From a virus (lineage: Duplodnaviria > Caudoviricetes), in the IMG/VR virus record IMGVR_UViG_3300033072_000306, positions 1 to 64,000 of that record: a stretch of DNA of 64,000 bases; one strand, written 5' to 3'. The notes under the pieces were generated by a model. That model was given only the letters and a program-made list of their open reading frames with translations. It was not told the DNA's origin and searched no databases. This document shows, one piece after another, positions 1 through 9,736 of the stretch. Within the stretch, counting starts at the first letter, position 1. Every line of letters begins with the position of its first letter. Position numbers and translations under genes: made by a program.

Positions 1-214
1 CAACCATTAACGTATTGCTATAGATTTAATTATAATACTGATTGAAAGGATGGGAGGAGAAAACAATGAAACATTTAATTTATTATTGTGTTTAATCTTA
101 TATCATATTTAGGAGCGAAAATCAAGAGTAAAACTGACTATTTTGTAAAGATTTGTAAATGATATAAACTATATATTAATTATTAAAAGATAGACTTCCT
201 TGTCTATGAGGTGT

Positions 215-243
215 AATATACACAAGTCAGATACGTTTGTCAA
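215..243 (-). promoter_or_regulatory. sigma70-type promoter (leftward)
   Basis: Minus strand TTGACA-17nt-TATATT. Confidence 0.7.
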
Positions 244-451
244 TACCTAAATGAAATTATTTTATCGTTTGGTTATTATTTAATCTAATTCATACTCTAA
301 CAGCCTCCACACAACTTTCTAACAACACTTCCAACAATCGCTAGAAATACTAACACTGGAACACTAATAATTACAACTAGCATAACCAAGAATATTAAAC
401 AAAACATTATAAACCAACTAGCTAATAATATAATTAAATTTAAAATTAAAT

Positions 452-829
452 TCATTTATCAAACCTCACAACCTTTTTAACTTCTCTAGAGTCCGCAACA
501 AGACCATCTTCTTTGTACCCAACATCATTCATAGTTGTTGATAGATGTAGTAGCTGTTCCCCTAGATGGGAGTATTCAAAATAAATAAATGACGGAGTTG
601 TCTCCTGTTTTACAACATAATATTTGCGATCATAAAACCAAACAATCTCACCTAGAGCAAATGATCTACTGTCCTCTATTAACGAATTGTAAAACAAACC
701 ATACCTAACTTCTGAATTATGTTTTGATAATTCTAGAATCTCTTTGTTTGTTATATCAAATACTTTGAAAGAAATAAGAAGACTTCCTATAACAAAGAGA
801 GCTAATATAACGATAATAAATATATTCAT
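452..829 (-). CDS. hypothetical protein with N-terminal transmembrane helix
   Basis: 125-aa ORF, hydrophobic N-terminus. Confidence 0.6.
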   Translation of the reverse strand: MNIFIIVILALFVIGSLLISFKVFDITNKEILELSKHNSEVRYGLFYNSLIEDSRSFALGEIVWFYDRKYYVVKQETTPSFIYFEYSHLGEQLLHLSTTMNDVGYKEDGLVADSREVKKVVRFDK

Positions 830-1027
830 ACACCATTAACCTTATTAAATTTCTTACCACAACGATAACAATGCTGTTCCGCTATAACAGTTCCTAAACG
901 CATTCTAACAATAACACTAGACTTCTTATGAAACCTTAGCAAACAAAGAATATTCATATTCTACCCTCCAAACACATCAATTAACATAAACATCACTAAC
1001 AAAGCTATAGCACCATACAATAAATAT

Positions 1028-1300
1028 TCAATCATAATCACTCTCAATATACTCTCTAACTTCAAAATCATCAAAAGACAAATCATTATCTCTAATGAAT
1101 CTGCACATCTGCTTATAAGCTACATCTTCTATCCAATATGACGAGGCATCTAAGTATTTCTTATTAATAGGGCATAAGATATATGTTTGTTTCTCAAAAT
1201 CTCTTTTAAAGGGTAGATGCACAACAGCATCATCGTATTTGCAATATACATAATAATAATATTTAGTTTCACTTATTTCGATATCACTAGAATTAATCAT
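1028..1300 (-). CDS. hypothetical protein
   Basis: 90-aa ORF downstream of leftward promoter. Confidence 0.55.
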   Translation of the reverse strand: MINSSDIEISETKYYYYVYCKYDDAVVHLPFKRDFEKQTYILCPINKKYLDASSYWIEDVAYKQMCRFIRDNDLSFDDFEVREYIESDYD

Positions 1301-1329
1301 TGTTTAAGCACCTCTGAAAATAAAAATTT

Positions 1330-1359
1330 AATTTAGCACAACAACAATAACAAAGTCAA
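1330..1359 (-). promoter_or_regulatory. sigma70-type promoter (leftward)
   Basis: TTGACT-18nt-TAAATT on minus strand. Confidence 0.55.
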
Positions 1360-1519
1360 TATTAGCAACAATAAATTAGTTGTAACTTTTATAACTCTTT
1401 TGAATAGATGTTCTTGTCGATATCGAAGATATTGGCACAACAGATATGAATACTAGAGTTATCAATATGTGGATGTTTTGTATGAAAGAACGTTAGTGAT
1501 AGAATACAACAACAGACGC

Positions 1520-1720
1520 TATTGCTTATAGACAGTTTATAAGTATTCTATAGAGTGTTCTTAAGTTATATTATAAGTATTAGTGTTTTTGTCTGCATAC
1601 AATAAAACACTCTTTTCTTATAGAGGTTTTTAAGGTTGTTTATAGGTATTTTAATACATATTGCTTATAAGACCTAGAATATTTTATAGCTGTAACTATA
1701 TGATTATAAAGGTTTATATT
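1520..1720. repeat. ~11-12 bp phased TATAG/TATAAG/TTAAG array
   Basis: e.g. gcttatagaca gtttataagta ttctatagagt gttcttaagtt atattataagt in a gene-free gap between divergent promoters. Confidence 0.5.
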
Positions 1721-1761
1721 TTTACAAAATCACTAAAAAAGCAAGACTGTTGCTTACTGTA

Positions 1762-1791
1762 TTGACAACACTAATCTTAACACTGTAAAAT
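1762..1791 (+). promoter_or_regulatory. sigma70-type promoter
   Basis: TTGACA-18nt-TAAAAT, upstream of AAGGAG RBS. Confidence 0.65.
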
Positions 1792-1819
1792 GTGCTAAAT
1801 ATTTTAAAGGAGAAAGAGT

Positions 1820-3196
1820 TTGAGTAAACCAAAAATCACTGTTCTTGATGCAATTATGGGTAACAGTAAAACATCTGAATTAAAGGATATTATGGAAGCT
1901 TGCACTAATCCAGTTTTATACATTACCCCACTACTATCCGAATCTATGACTGTTGTTGGTGTTTGTAATGATGATGGTGTGCAAGTTAAATCTTCTGATG
2001 GTGAATACATGTATGATGTAGATAATAAACTATCAGAAAAAAGGTTCAAGATACCTAATACAAAGAATGTTAATAACAGTAAGTTAGATAGTCTTGAGTT
2101 TATGGTCAGTAAAGGGTATAACATCAGTAGCACACATAAGTTGTTTAGTATGCTTACACCAAACATTGCTATGAAACTTAAAGAGTTGAAGTATTGCCTT
2201 GTTATTGATGAAAGTTTAAATTGTTGGAATAACTTAAACATTTATGACTTTTACAATGTTAAAGATGATAAGGTTACTTCTGAGGATGAGAAATCTGATC
2301 AGAAAACATCAGCAGTATCAAAGACAGATAAAGAAGTTCTAGGGCTTATTAGTACGGGAAACATTGTTGTTGATCCTGTTGGGTTGTTGCATTGGGATAG
2401 CGAAACTAATTATGTGCCTAAAGTTGGTATGTTACACCACGAATTAAAAATGCTATGTGACATGAAGCAGTTATATTTGTCTAATGGAAATGTTGTGTTT
2501 TGGGAGCTTACTACTGAGATTCTAAAATCTTTTGAAAGTGTTTACATTGGTACATATATGTTTGAATCTAGTATAATGTCTCACTATATGGATGTGCATG
2601 ATCTTACTTACGATGTTGTAAAGTTTGGTAAGAAGCCATCTTTCTATAAACCATATATAGATATAATTCAAGGGAAGATGAACGATGTTGGTGATGGTAA
2701 GTACGCATTATCTTATTCTAAGCTTGAGGGTAAAACTCGTGTTAAAGAGTCTGTAAAAGAGACTAGACAGATTTTAAGAAAGAACTTAGATAACTTTTTT
2801 AAAAATAGATGTAAAACACATAAAGATTTTAACTTATGGACAACATACATTGATGCAAAACCGTCAATAATGAACTCTAGGTGCAATGTTAATTTCGTGC
2901 CTTATAATATTAAGGCTACAAACAATTACAGACATTGTAATAGCGTTGCTTATTTAGTTAATAACTTCCCAAATACCTTCCTTGTTGCTATGATCACAAA
3001 AAGGAATAGTAAGCGTAAGTTTGATCAAGACATGTGGGCTTTGTCTGAAATGCTTCAAATGCTATTTAGGAGTGCTATTCGTGGTGACAAAGAGAAAGGC
3101 GATGAAAGCAGACACATCAAACTATATATTCCATCACAACGTATGAGAAGCTTGTTAGAATCTTGGTTAAATGATGAATTTGAGGAAACTAAATAA
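1820..3196 (+). CDS. SF2 (DEAD-like) helicase-related protein, paralog 1
   Basis: Walker A-like DAIMGNSKTS, YITPLLSE, Walker B VIDES, motif VI-like SEMLQMLFRSAIR; TTG start after AAGGAG. Confidence 0.7.
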   Translation: MSKPKITVLDAIMGNSKTSELKDIMEACTNPVLYITPLLSESMTVVGVCNDDGVQVKSSDGEYMYDVDNKLSEKRFKIPNTKNVNNSKLDSLEFMVSKGYNISSTHKLFSMLTPNIAMKLKELKYCLVIDESLNCWNNLNIYDFYNVKDDKVTSEDEKSDQKTSAVSKTDKEVLGLISTGNIVVDPVGLLHWDSETNYVPKVGMLHHELKMLCDMKQLYLSNGNVVFWELTTEILKSFESVYIGTYMFESSIMSHYMDVHDLTYDVVKFGKKPSFYKPYIDIIQGKMNDVGDGKYALSYSKLEGKTRVKESVKETRQILRKNLDNFFKNRCKTHKDFNLWTTYIDAKPSIMNSRCNVNFVPYNIKATNNYRHCNSVAYLVNNFPNTFLVAMITKRNSKRKFDQDMWALSEMLQMLFRSAIRGDKEKGDESRHIKLYIPSQRMRSLLESWLNDEFEETK

Positions 3197-4083
3197 TGAA
3201 AATTAAACCTTTACTTAGCTGTGAAGTGAGTGTAGACAATATCAACTTCCCTATCTATGTATCAACAAAATTCGATGGTATTAGAGCTATGGTTATTGAT
3301 GGTGTTGTCTACTCAAGAAGCATGAAACCTATTAGGAATGAGCATATTCAAAAGCTCTTTGGTAAGGAGGAATATCAAGGATTTGATGGTGAGTTAATTG
3401 TTGGGGATATTTATGCTAAAGATGTATTTCAGAAAACAACATCTGGTGTTATGTCTAAAGATGGTGAACCTGATGTAACATTCCATGTATTTGACTTATG
3501 GAATCTACCTAATGAAGATTATGAATCTCGTCAACGTACCCTACAAGATTTACTCTTGCAAGATTCGACAATGAGTAATGTTGTCTATACAATGATTCAT
3601 AAGTGTCATACAGTTGAAGATTTAGAGTTCTTCTTAAAGCATGAAGAGAAAGTTGGCGGTGAGGGATTGATTGGTAGAAACCCTAAAGGTAGATATAAAT
3701 ACGGAAGATCAACACCTAAAGAACAATTCTCAATGAAGTTTAAGTTCTTTCAACAGGAAGAGTTCGAGGTTGTAGGATTTACAGAACGTATGCACAACTC
3801 TAATGAGCAAACACGGGATAATCTAGGTTATGCTGAACGTAGTAGTGCTAAAGATGGTATGATTCCTATGAACACTCTAGGGAGTTTAGTATTAAAGTAT
3901 GGTGATGATACATTCAATTGTGGTACAGGTTTTACAGATGCTCTCAGAGATGAAATCTGGTTCAATCAAGAGAAGTATTTAGGTAAATTAGCATCAATTC
4001 GCTATATGAGTGTTGGGGCTAAAGATAAACCACGTGTACCGTCCCTTGTCGGATTTAGAGATATTGATGACATGAGTAAATAA
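3196..4083 (+). CDS. lig: ATP-dependent DNA ligase
   Basis: KFDGIR adenylation motif, FDGEL, FHVFD, EGLI, C-terminal OB fold with GTGF and PRVP. Confidence 0.95.
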   Translation: MKIKPLLSCEVSVDNINFPIYVSTKFDGIRAMVIDGVVYSRSMKPIRNEHIQKLFGKEEYQGFDGELIVGDIYAKDVFQKTTSGVMSKDGEPDVTFHVFDLWNLPNEDYESRQRTLQDLLLQDSTMSNVVYTMIHKCHTVEDLEFFLKHEEKVGGEGLIGRNPKGRYKYGRSTPKEQFSMKFKFFQQEEFEVVGFTERMHNSNEQTRDNLGYAERSSAKDGMIPMNTLGSLVLKYGDDTFNCGTGFTDALRDEIWFNQEKYLGKLASIRYMSVGAKDKPRVPSLVGFRDIDDMSK

Positions 4084-4098
4084 AGTTAGTAATAATCC

Positions 4099-4127
4099 TT
4101 GAGTGTATGGTTGAATTACTGTACACT
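4099..4127 (+). promoter_or_regulatory. sigma70-type promoter
   Basis: TTGAGT-17nt-TACACT. Confidence 0.5.
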
Positions 4128-4164
4128 ATAATTTTTAATATAGAAAATGTTCTTGGAGTAAAAT

Positions 4165-4479
4165 ATGAGTTGTTTAAATGGTTGTAATTTAGAAGTAAAT
4201 GGATATAAAATCTTTGATATCTTAGATGATGGAGTTTATATTGCTAAATCTAAAGAAGACTTACTTGAGTATGTTAAGCAGTATGGTGACACTGAAGACA
4301 TCTACGGATTATCAGAGCAAGAGCTTCTAGAGGAAATGAGAGAGATTTCTTTATGTTCTAAAGAAGCTACAGAAATTAAAGACTGGGGAGACGATGAAGT
4401 TGGTTGTATCTATGATTTATATAAAAAAGTAGCATCGACAGATCAAGGTATTCAAATGCTATTAACATATAATCCTTAA
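4165..4479 (+). CDS. acidic hypothetical protein
   Basis: 104-aa ORF with GGAG RBS. Confidence 0.65.
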   Translation: MSCLNGCNLEVNGYKIFDILDDGVYIAKSKEDLLEYVKQYGDTEDIYGLSEQELLEEMREISLCSKEATEIKDWGDDEVGCIYDLYKKVASTDQGIQMLLTYNP

Positions 4480-4565
4480 ATGTCTGTAATTGCTAAAAAT
4501 TAGCATGGAAAGACGTAGTAAGATATGTTTTGATTAATGTAGATTGTTATTGGAGATAGAGTTAA

Positions 4566-5090
4566 ATGACTTGTATTGTTGGTGTTGCTAAGGGTGGTAA
4601 GGTTTACATTGGTGCAGATTCTCTTGGTAGTAATGGTTTCACAAAAGAGATTCGTAAAGAGTGTAAGGTTTTTAAGAATGGAGATTTCTTAATCGGTGGA
4701 ACAACATCTTTTAGAATGTTGGATTTACTAAAGTGGAAGTTTAATCCTCCTACTGTTAAAGATGGAGATGATCTACACAAATTTATGGTGGTTGATTTTG
4801 TTGAATCTGTGAGAAATCTTTTTACTTCCAATGGGTTTTCAATAACATCTGATGATTGGAAGAGTGGTGAATTTCTCGTTGGTGTTAAAGGTAGACTGTT
4901 TAAGATTTCAGGAGATTTTCAAGTGTCAGAACATGATTATGTTTCTTGCGGTAGTGGAGAATATCATGCTGTTGGTTGCTTGTACAATTCAAAACTATCA
5001 AAACCTAAAGAAGATATTATTAAGGCTTTAGAGTGTGCTGAGAATTTTGTTGTAAGTGTCAGTAGACCATTTACAGTTTTGTGTATTTAA
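4566..5090 (+). CDS. HslV/proteasome-beta-like Ntn peptidase
   Basis: MTCIVG (Thr nucleophile after Met removal), GADS, KVF, GSG motifs. Confidence 0.8.
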   Translation: MTCIVGVAKGGKVYIGADSLGSNGFTKEIRKECKVFKNGDFLIGGTTSFRMLDLLKWKFNPPTVKDGDDLHKFMVVDFVESVRNLFTSNGFSITSDDWKSGEFLVGVKGRLFKISGDFQVSEHDYVSCGSGEYHAVGCLYNSKLSKPKEDIIKALECAENFVVSVSRPFTVLCI

Positions 5091-5104
5091 TTTGAGGATT
5101 AATA

Positions 5105-5542
5105 ATGACCCTAACAACTAAGAATCTAACAAACATCAACAAAGTTGCTTCCGAAGTTCATCGTAAGTATGTTGCAGGGACACATGCCAGTGAAGTATTT
5201 AGTAAAGAGAAATGTGGTAAGAAGTATTCTAAAGAGGATGTTGAGAATATGATCTGCCTATACATTTATGGTGTATATGCAACTAGAATGGGTTATATTT
5301 ATGATGGTGATTCTGGAGAGTTGTGTAAAATCTATCGTAGAGATGTTTTTAGAAACTTAAACATATCATTCCAAAAGTCTAAGAAAAAGATTCGTGGTAA
5401 AATGGTGTTTGAATACGATAAAGAAAAAGTTATTGAACACTTTAAGAATATGCCAAAAGAGTTGCAATCACTATCTAATGGTGTATTATTTGAGGAGAGA
5501 TTAACGATGGTTACAAAGATTTTAAAAAGTGAAATGTATTGA
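5105..5542 (+). CDS. basic hypothetical protein
   Basis: 145-aa ORF with GAGG RBS. Confidence 0.65.
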   Translation: MTLTTKNLTNINKVASEVHRKYVAGTHASEVFSKEKCGKKYSKEDVENMICLYIYGVYATRMGYIYDGDSGELCKIYRRDVFRNLNISFQKSKKKIRGKMVFEYDKEKVIEHFKNMPKELQSLSNGVLFEERLTMVTKILKSEMY

Positions 5543-5742
5543 GGAGAAATAAATGAGAGTTTACGTTACTGTATGTTTTACTGAGAATGAAGGCACTAAC
5601 AGGTTTACGGATTTCAATAGTGTAATTGGTGTATATATCCTAAAGAATCATGCAGAGGAAGCTGCTAGGAATTATATGGATAAATTACTTGAAGAGACTG
5701 GTGTACACTCAACATATCAAATATTTATTAAGGAGATTTAAA

Positions 5743-6156
5743 GTGTTCGAGTTAGACAAAGATGAAGTTATTAAAGTGTTGACACGTAACGCTATCAAAT
5801 GCTTAGTATGTAATACTGTTTTAGAAAGTAAGCATCAGCATAATTTTCGTTCTTGCGGTTGCTCTAATCAATCGTTCGTTGACGGTGGGTTGTTGTATAC
5901 TCGTACAGGAGCTAAGGATTTAGACTTAGTAGAGAACCTATGCGAGTATGTTGAAATGACTCGTGGTGAGCGAGATAAGCAACTTGAACAGCAGAAATTA
6001 GATGATCAAATTAAATTACAGAAGCGTATTGATAATGGTGAAATGCTTAATGTCGGAAGTGAAAGTAATCCACATTGGGTGAGTAAGGAAGTGTGGAATA
6101 TTGTTATGAAGGTTTCTAAGAAATACTACCCTAATACTAAGAAAAAAAAGGAGTGA
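5743..6156 (+). CDS. Cys-rich putative Zn-binding protein
   Basis: CLVC...H..NFRSCGC...VDGG; GTG start after GGAG. Confidence 0.65.
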   Translation: MFELDKDEVIKVLTRNAIKCLVCNTVLESKHQHNFRSCGCSNQSFVDGGLLYTRTGAKDLDLVENLCEYVEMTRGERDKQLEQQKLDDQIKLQKRIDNGEMLNVGSESNPHWVSKEVWNIVMKVSKKYYPNTKKKKE

Positions 6157-6548
6157 TGTTGGAGATGAAGTATTTTGATGATATTAATAATTTATACAAG
6201 GTTTCCGAAATGTCTCTTGATGAAATGAAGGAGTTTCAGTTACAACAACTCAATAAAATAGGCACTTTGAGAAAAGAGGTACAACAAGTACGCTTAAAAT
6301 TGGAGTTAGAGATTGTAGATTTACAATGTGATATCAATACTATGAGTATGTTGTTGAGGGCTAAACAATGAACACACAAGATTATATAGATAGTATTAAA
6401 CAAAAGAATCTAGAGAAAGCTAAATGGGTTCTTAAGATGAGGTTCGGAGATGATTTGAATAAGCTTAAAGAGTTTTACGCAAATCGTCCATCAGAAAGTT
6501 CTTGGGCTGATTTAAGAGCAGTTATTGATGTATTGGAGAGTGAGAATA

Positions 6549-6737
6549 ATGAGTGAATGGATAAGTATTGAAGATAATATGCCAAAGATAGGATTAGAGG
6601 TTCTTATTTGGTCTAAAGAAACTGGAAGAAGCGTTGCAAAGCGTGATTGTGATTTTCCAAAGAGTTTTATTGGAGAAGATAATTATTTCTTCTTTGGTGT
6701 AACCCACTGGATGCCACTACCAGAGCCACCGAAATGA
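6549..6737 (+). CDS. DUF551-family protein
   Basis: WISIEDNMP...VTHWMPLPEPP. Confidence 0.8.
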   Translation: MSEWISIEDNMPKIGLEVLIWSKETGRSVAKRDCDFPKSFIGEDNYFFFGVTHWMPLPEPPK

Positions 6738-6928
6738 ATTTAACAAATAAACATTATACACATCTAGAAACAATAACACAGAATATTCTTGGGATTATTG
6801 CTGGGTTGATTATCTTGAGGTTGTTTAATATTCCATTTAGTGATAGTATTCAACTTCAAGTAATATTCTTTGTTGTTAGTTATATTCGTAGTTATTGTGT
6901 TCGTAGGATTTTTAGTAAGATATACTAA
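6734..6928 (+). CDS. small membrane protein
   Basis: Two hydrophobic segments, SYIRSY.VRRIF C-terminus. Confidence 0.6.
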   Translation: MNLTNKHYTHLETITQNILGIIAGLIILRLFNIPFSDSIQLQVIFFVVSYIRSYCVRRIFSKIY

Positions 6929-6981
6929 AGATTTAGTAATCTGTACTGAGTGTTGGTAAATTATATTAGGAGATATAAATT

Positions 6982-7308
6982 ATGAGCGTTGATTTGAAAG
7001 TTGCTGATGAGGTTTGGTATGTCCCATCAGATAAAAGGCATAACAATCCTAACGGTTGTTTGGTTAAGGTAACTAAGGTTGGTAGAAAGTATCTATATCT
7101 TGGTGATATGAAAATGGAGTATTGGGACTTAAACGGGTTTTCAATTGGAAGTATCGTAGATTTCCCATATGGTTCTGTGTACAAGTCAAGTGACGATTAC
7201 TATGAACACATGGAATGGGATAAATTTAAGAATAATGTTGGTAATTTAACCTTATCTAGAGAGCAGAAGAGAGGTGTCTTGACGATATGTAGTGATAAGT
7301 ATGAATAA
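6982..7308 (+). CDS. hypothetical beta-barrel-type protein
   Basis: KVADEVWY...VTKVGRKYLY; AGGAG RBS. Confidence 0.65.
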   Translation: MSVDLKVADEVWYVPSDKRHNNPNGCLVKVTKVGRKYLYLGDMKMEYWDLNGFSIGSIVDFPYGSVYKSSDDYYEHMEWDKFKNNVGNLTLSREQKRGVLTICSDKYE

Positions 7309-7325
7309 TATTATTTAAAAACATA

Positions 7326-7354
7326 TTGACAAACACTACATCAATGTGTATATT
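7326..7354 (+). promoter_or_regulatory. sigma70-type promoter
   Basis: TTGACA-17nt-TATATT. Confidence 0.7.
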
Positions 7355-7388
7355 TAAATCTCAATTAATTGATAAAGGAACAAATAAA

Positions 7389-7757
7389 GTGACAAAAGAA
7401 AATGTGGTTTTTGATACATCAGCATCTCGTTATGATTTAGCAATCAAAGAGGTTGAAGAGCGTGTTAAATTAGGTTGGAGTGTTAAAGCTTCATTCATGT
7501 TGGGTGGTGGATACATTCGTGTAGATTATGTACGAGTAGACCCTAATCGCTATAAGGATGTTGGTAAAACGAATGAATCAGTATCTACTGATAGCAAATC
7601 ATCAGGTTATGGTGGCTTATGTTCAGTAGGGTGTGAAGAAACTACTGAAGAGGCTACTGAAGTAGCTACACCAGTTGAATCAGCAGAGGTTAATGAAACC
7701 CCTGTTAAAACGACACGTAAAACAGTAGCTAAGAAAGCAGAGGTGAAAGATGCTTAA
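7389..7757 (+). CDS. hypothetical protein with low-complexity E/T/K tail
   Basis: GTG start after AAGGA; the track start at 7326 lies inside the promoter. Confidence 0.6.
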   Translation: MTKENVVFDTSASRYDLAIKEVEERVKLGWSVKASFMLGGGYIRVDYVRVDPNRYKDVGKTNESVSTDSKSSGYGGLCSVGCEETTEEATEVATPVESAEVNETPVKTTRKTVAKKAEVKDA

Positions 7758-7887
7758 CGATGGATACGGTATTGGTAAACAAGAAGGTTATGGTCTTGGA
7801 AGCACTTAACGGTAATTAAATTTAATATTTAATTAAAAGGGACAGTTTGACAAGGATGTCTAAATTACTTTTGGAGAAAAACATACA

Positions 7888-8449
7888 GTGAATAAGAGGA
7901 CAATTCTAAAGCTCTTAGAAATGAATCTTAATGTTGATGGGTATAGGGGTGTTGTTGTAGCATCTAATCAATACATAATTGAAAAAGATTATTTAACACA
8001 CCTTTGTAAACATCCACATTTGAAGTTTAATAAAATGGAGAATGAGGTTAAGAATGTTAATAATGATGCTCGTGTAAGATTCTATTTGAGTAATACTCGA
8101 TTTGAACGTGTAAGAGGATTGAAGATTCATCATTGCTTTATTGATGATATCGGTGGTAATAAAGATTTACTAGGGTTGATTGAAAGTAAAGCTAAGAACG
8201 TGGAGTATCTTGAATATGATTAATACATCAAATACGATTAAAGCAAGTGACCTAAATGTTGGTGATAAGATTCTTAGTACATCTGGTATTGAGTATGAAG
8301 TGATTGAGAATAATGTTGGGGAGGCTATTTATATTCTTAGCAACAATGGTGAAGCTGGTCATATCTCTAATGGATTACACTTATTCTATGATGACATTGA
8401 TTATTTAGATTACGCTAAAGATATTCTAAATATTGACTTGACAACATAG
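7888..8449 (+). other. two hypothetical CDSs (7888-8223, ~8213-8449)
   Basis: ORF track, co-oriented. Confidence 0.55.
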
Positions 8450-8651
8450 TAATAAACAACTAAATTTAAACTAAGATATAACGGAGAAGTAAAATGGAAA
8501 TTAATGTAGTAAACTCAAACAACTTCAAGTCAACCAAAGACACTCGTGAAAAGCTGATGTTGAAGTTATCTTTGAAAGAGCAGAAGATGTTTAAAGAATT
8601 TCTTAAAAGTGTGGTGAGTGTTTAATATTATTTAATTAGGAGTGGAAGGGT

Positions 8652-9482
8652 ATGGGTAAACAACGCAGTCGTCAATTACAAGATGGTCGTGGTTTCATTA
8701 AGGATGGAAGTGTTGTTGGTGATAGGCACACTCAGCGTAAGTATCGTGGCGATGGCATGGTTCTGAATGATCAGACGATCAAGCGTGAGAATTATGATTT
8801 TAGTTGGTTTCACCCAACAGAAGCACAAAATAAAATCCTTAAAAACATGGCTGAAAAGGATTGTACGCTTGTAGATGCACCTTCAGGTTGTGGTAAATCT
8901 AGTACAGTAATCTATCAAGCTCTAAAGTGGTTGCAATCAGGGTACTTCAATAAGATTGTGTTTATTAAAACTGGTTGTCAATTAGGCGTTGATGATGTGG
9001 GTTTTCTAGGTACAAACGAAGCTAAGTTCGATTATCCACTAAAAGCAATGCGTAGTATCTTTGAAGATTTCATGTCACCAGAGAAGCTTGCAATGGAAGA
9101 GAAGCTCGGTCGTATTGAGTTTATGTTTCCAAACTGGTTAGGTGGTTCTACTTTTGGTAGTCATAAAGATGGTAAAACTATTCTGATAATTGATGAAATG
9201 CAGTGGTTTACACCTGACATGGTTAAGCTTGTCCTTGAGAGACCCAGCGATGATTGTAAGACTATCTGTATGTTTGATAGTGACCAACGATATTCAAGCA
9301 AGAAGCGACCAGATGGGGCTAAAGACTTATTGAATCGAATTAGCGCGATTGAAGACGGTGTTCGTATTATTCAGGAAGATTTGTTTGGTTACACGAAATT
9401 AAGCACAAATGAAAACAAGCGTGGAGCTTTATCTCGAAGAATTACGGAGTTGTACAAGAACTTCGATTTTGATAATCAGTAA
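8652..9482 (+). CDS. phoH: PhoH-like ATPase
   Basis: DAPSGCGKS Walker A, VGFLG, IIDEMQ, MFDSDQ, RGALS. Confidence 0.85.
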   Translation: MGKQRSRQLQDGRGFIKDGSVVGDRHTQRKYRGDGMVLNDQTIKRENYDFSWFHPTEAQNKILKNMAEKDCTLVDAPSGCGKSSTVIYQALKWLQSGYFNKIVFIKTGCQLGVDDVGFLGTNEAKFDYPLKAMRSIFEDFMSPEKLAMEEKLGRIEFMFPNWLGGSTFGSHKDGKTILIIDEMQWFTPDMVKLVLERPSDDCKTICMFDSDQRYSSKKRPDGAKDLLNRISAIEDGVRIIQEDLFGYTKLSTNENKRGALSRRITELYKNFDFDNQ

Positions 9483-9485
9483 TGT

Positions 9486-9505
9486 GAGGTCGAAAGACCT
9501 CCTTT
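9486..9505 (+). terminator. intrinsic terminator
   Basis: GAGGTC-GAAA-GACCTC followed by CTTTT. Confidence 0.7.
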
Positions 9506-9736
9506 TGGAGAATATATGGGAAAAATTATTGGATGTGTTTATAAGGATTTCGCAAAAGGTTGTAATGACCATTACTACGACAACGTGACTATTGAGAAGT
9601 TTGACGATCGTGGTTTTGATTATCTTTTAACGCAAGGTGACGATGTTGTTGGGCTAACTGAAAAACAATTCTTCACCTTGTACATGGAGATGAAGCGAGA
9701 GATTGACAATATTAATAATGAGGAGAGTGATAAGTA

